A stretch of DNA of 64,000 nucleotides from contig NC_087437.1 of assembly GCF_036321535.1 (NCBI RefSeq), positions 64,854,001-64,918,000 on the forward strand, in the 5' to 3' direction. The notes below the pieces were generated by a model. It was not told the DNA's origin. It saw only the letters and a list, made by a program, of their open reading frames with translations, and did not search any database. This document shows positions 63,850 through 64,000 of the stretch, piece after piece. Origin of the DNA: Camelus dromedarius (Eukaryota). Numbering within the stretch: position 1 is the first letter of the stretch; each line of letters begins with the position of its first letter. A program made the translations under genes and the position numbers.

Positions 63850-64000
63850 TTTTTAATTACATTTTAAACTTTTCATTTTGAAATAATTAAAGATTCAAAG
63901 GAAGTTGGCAAAAAAGTGTACAGGGAGATCCTGTGTACCCTTCACCCAGTTTCCCCCAGTGGTAACTTCTGTGCCTGCTAGTACAATGTCAAAACCTGGA
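63850..64000 (-). mobile_element. L1MC/MD-like 3' end, runs off the window edge
   Basis: TTTTGAAATAATT.AAGATTCA.AGGAAGTTG...CCTGTGTACCCTTCACCCAGTTTCCCCCAGTGGTAAC. Confidence 0.75.

Noticed and set aside
52200..64000. Distal CD86 first exon (MDPQC-type)
   Set aside because: I searched by eye and found no matching exon; it probably lies beyond the window end.
1..64000. CRISPR array, prokaryotic-type system or foreign insert
   Set aside because: No regularly spaced repeats, operon-like ORFs or compositional island; the whole window reads as mammalian intron and intergenic DNA.

Overview
Mammalian genomic DNA, most likely a camelid (alpaca, llama or camel), judged from a Vic-1-like tRNA-derived SINE. 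The only gene I can support is CD86 (B7-2) on the minus strand. Its exons are a proximal first exon (donor at 52058), the signal-peptide exon (39386-39337), IgV (29236-28901), IgC (27333-27028), transmembrane (24285-24133) and two cytoplasmic exons (17241-17196, 15009-14913), followed by a ~1.6 kb 3'UTR with AATAAA at 13311-13306. All junctions are GT-AG and splice into an intact ORF of 327 aa from the exon-2 ATG, or 334 aa from an in-frame ATG in the proximal first exon. I did not find the distal first exon known from other mammals; it probably lies beyond 64000. The rest is intron or intergenic DNA full of transposon relics (L1, L2, CR1, MIR, MaLR/ERV LTRs, hAT MITEs). Repeat family names come from my recollection of consensus sequences, not from a search. 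I found no convincing new biological system. The best leads are modest: a coding, uORF-laden proximal first exon; an 84-bp duplicated element upstream of it; a 3'UTR hairpin; a shifted glycosylation sequon in IgC; a young twin-primed L1 inside a nested repeat cluster; and two hAT elements inserted back-to-back at one 8-bp target.
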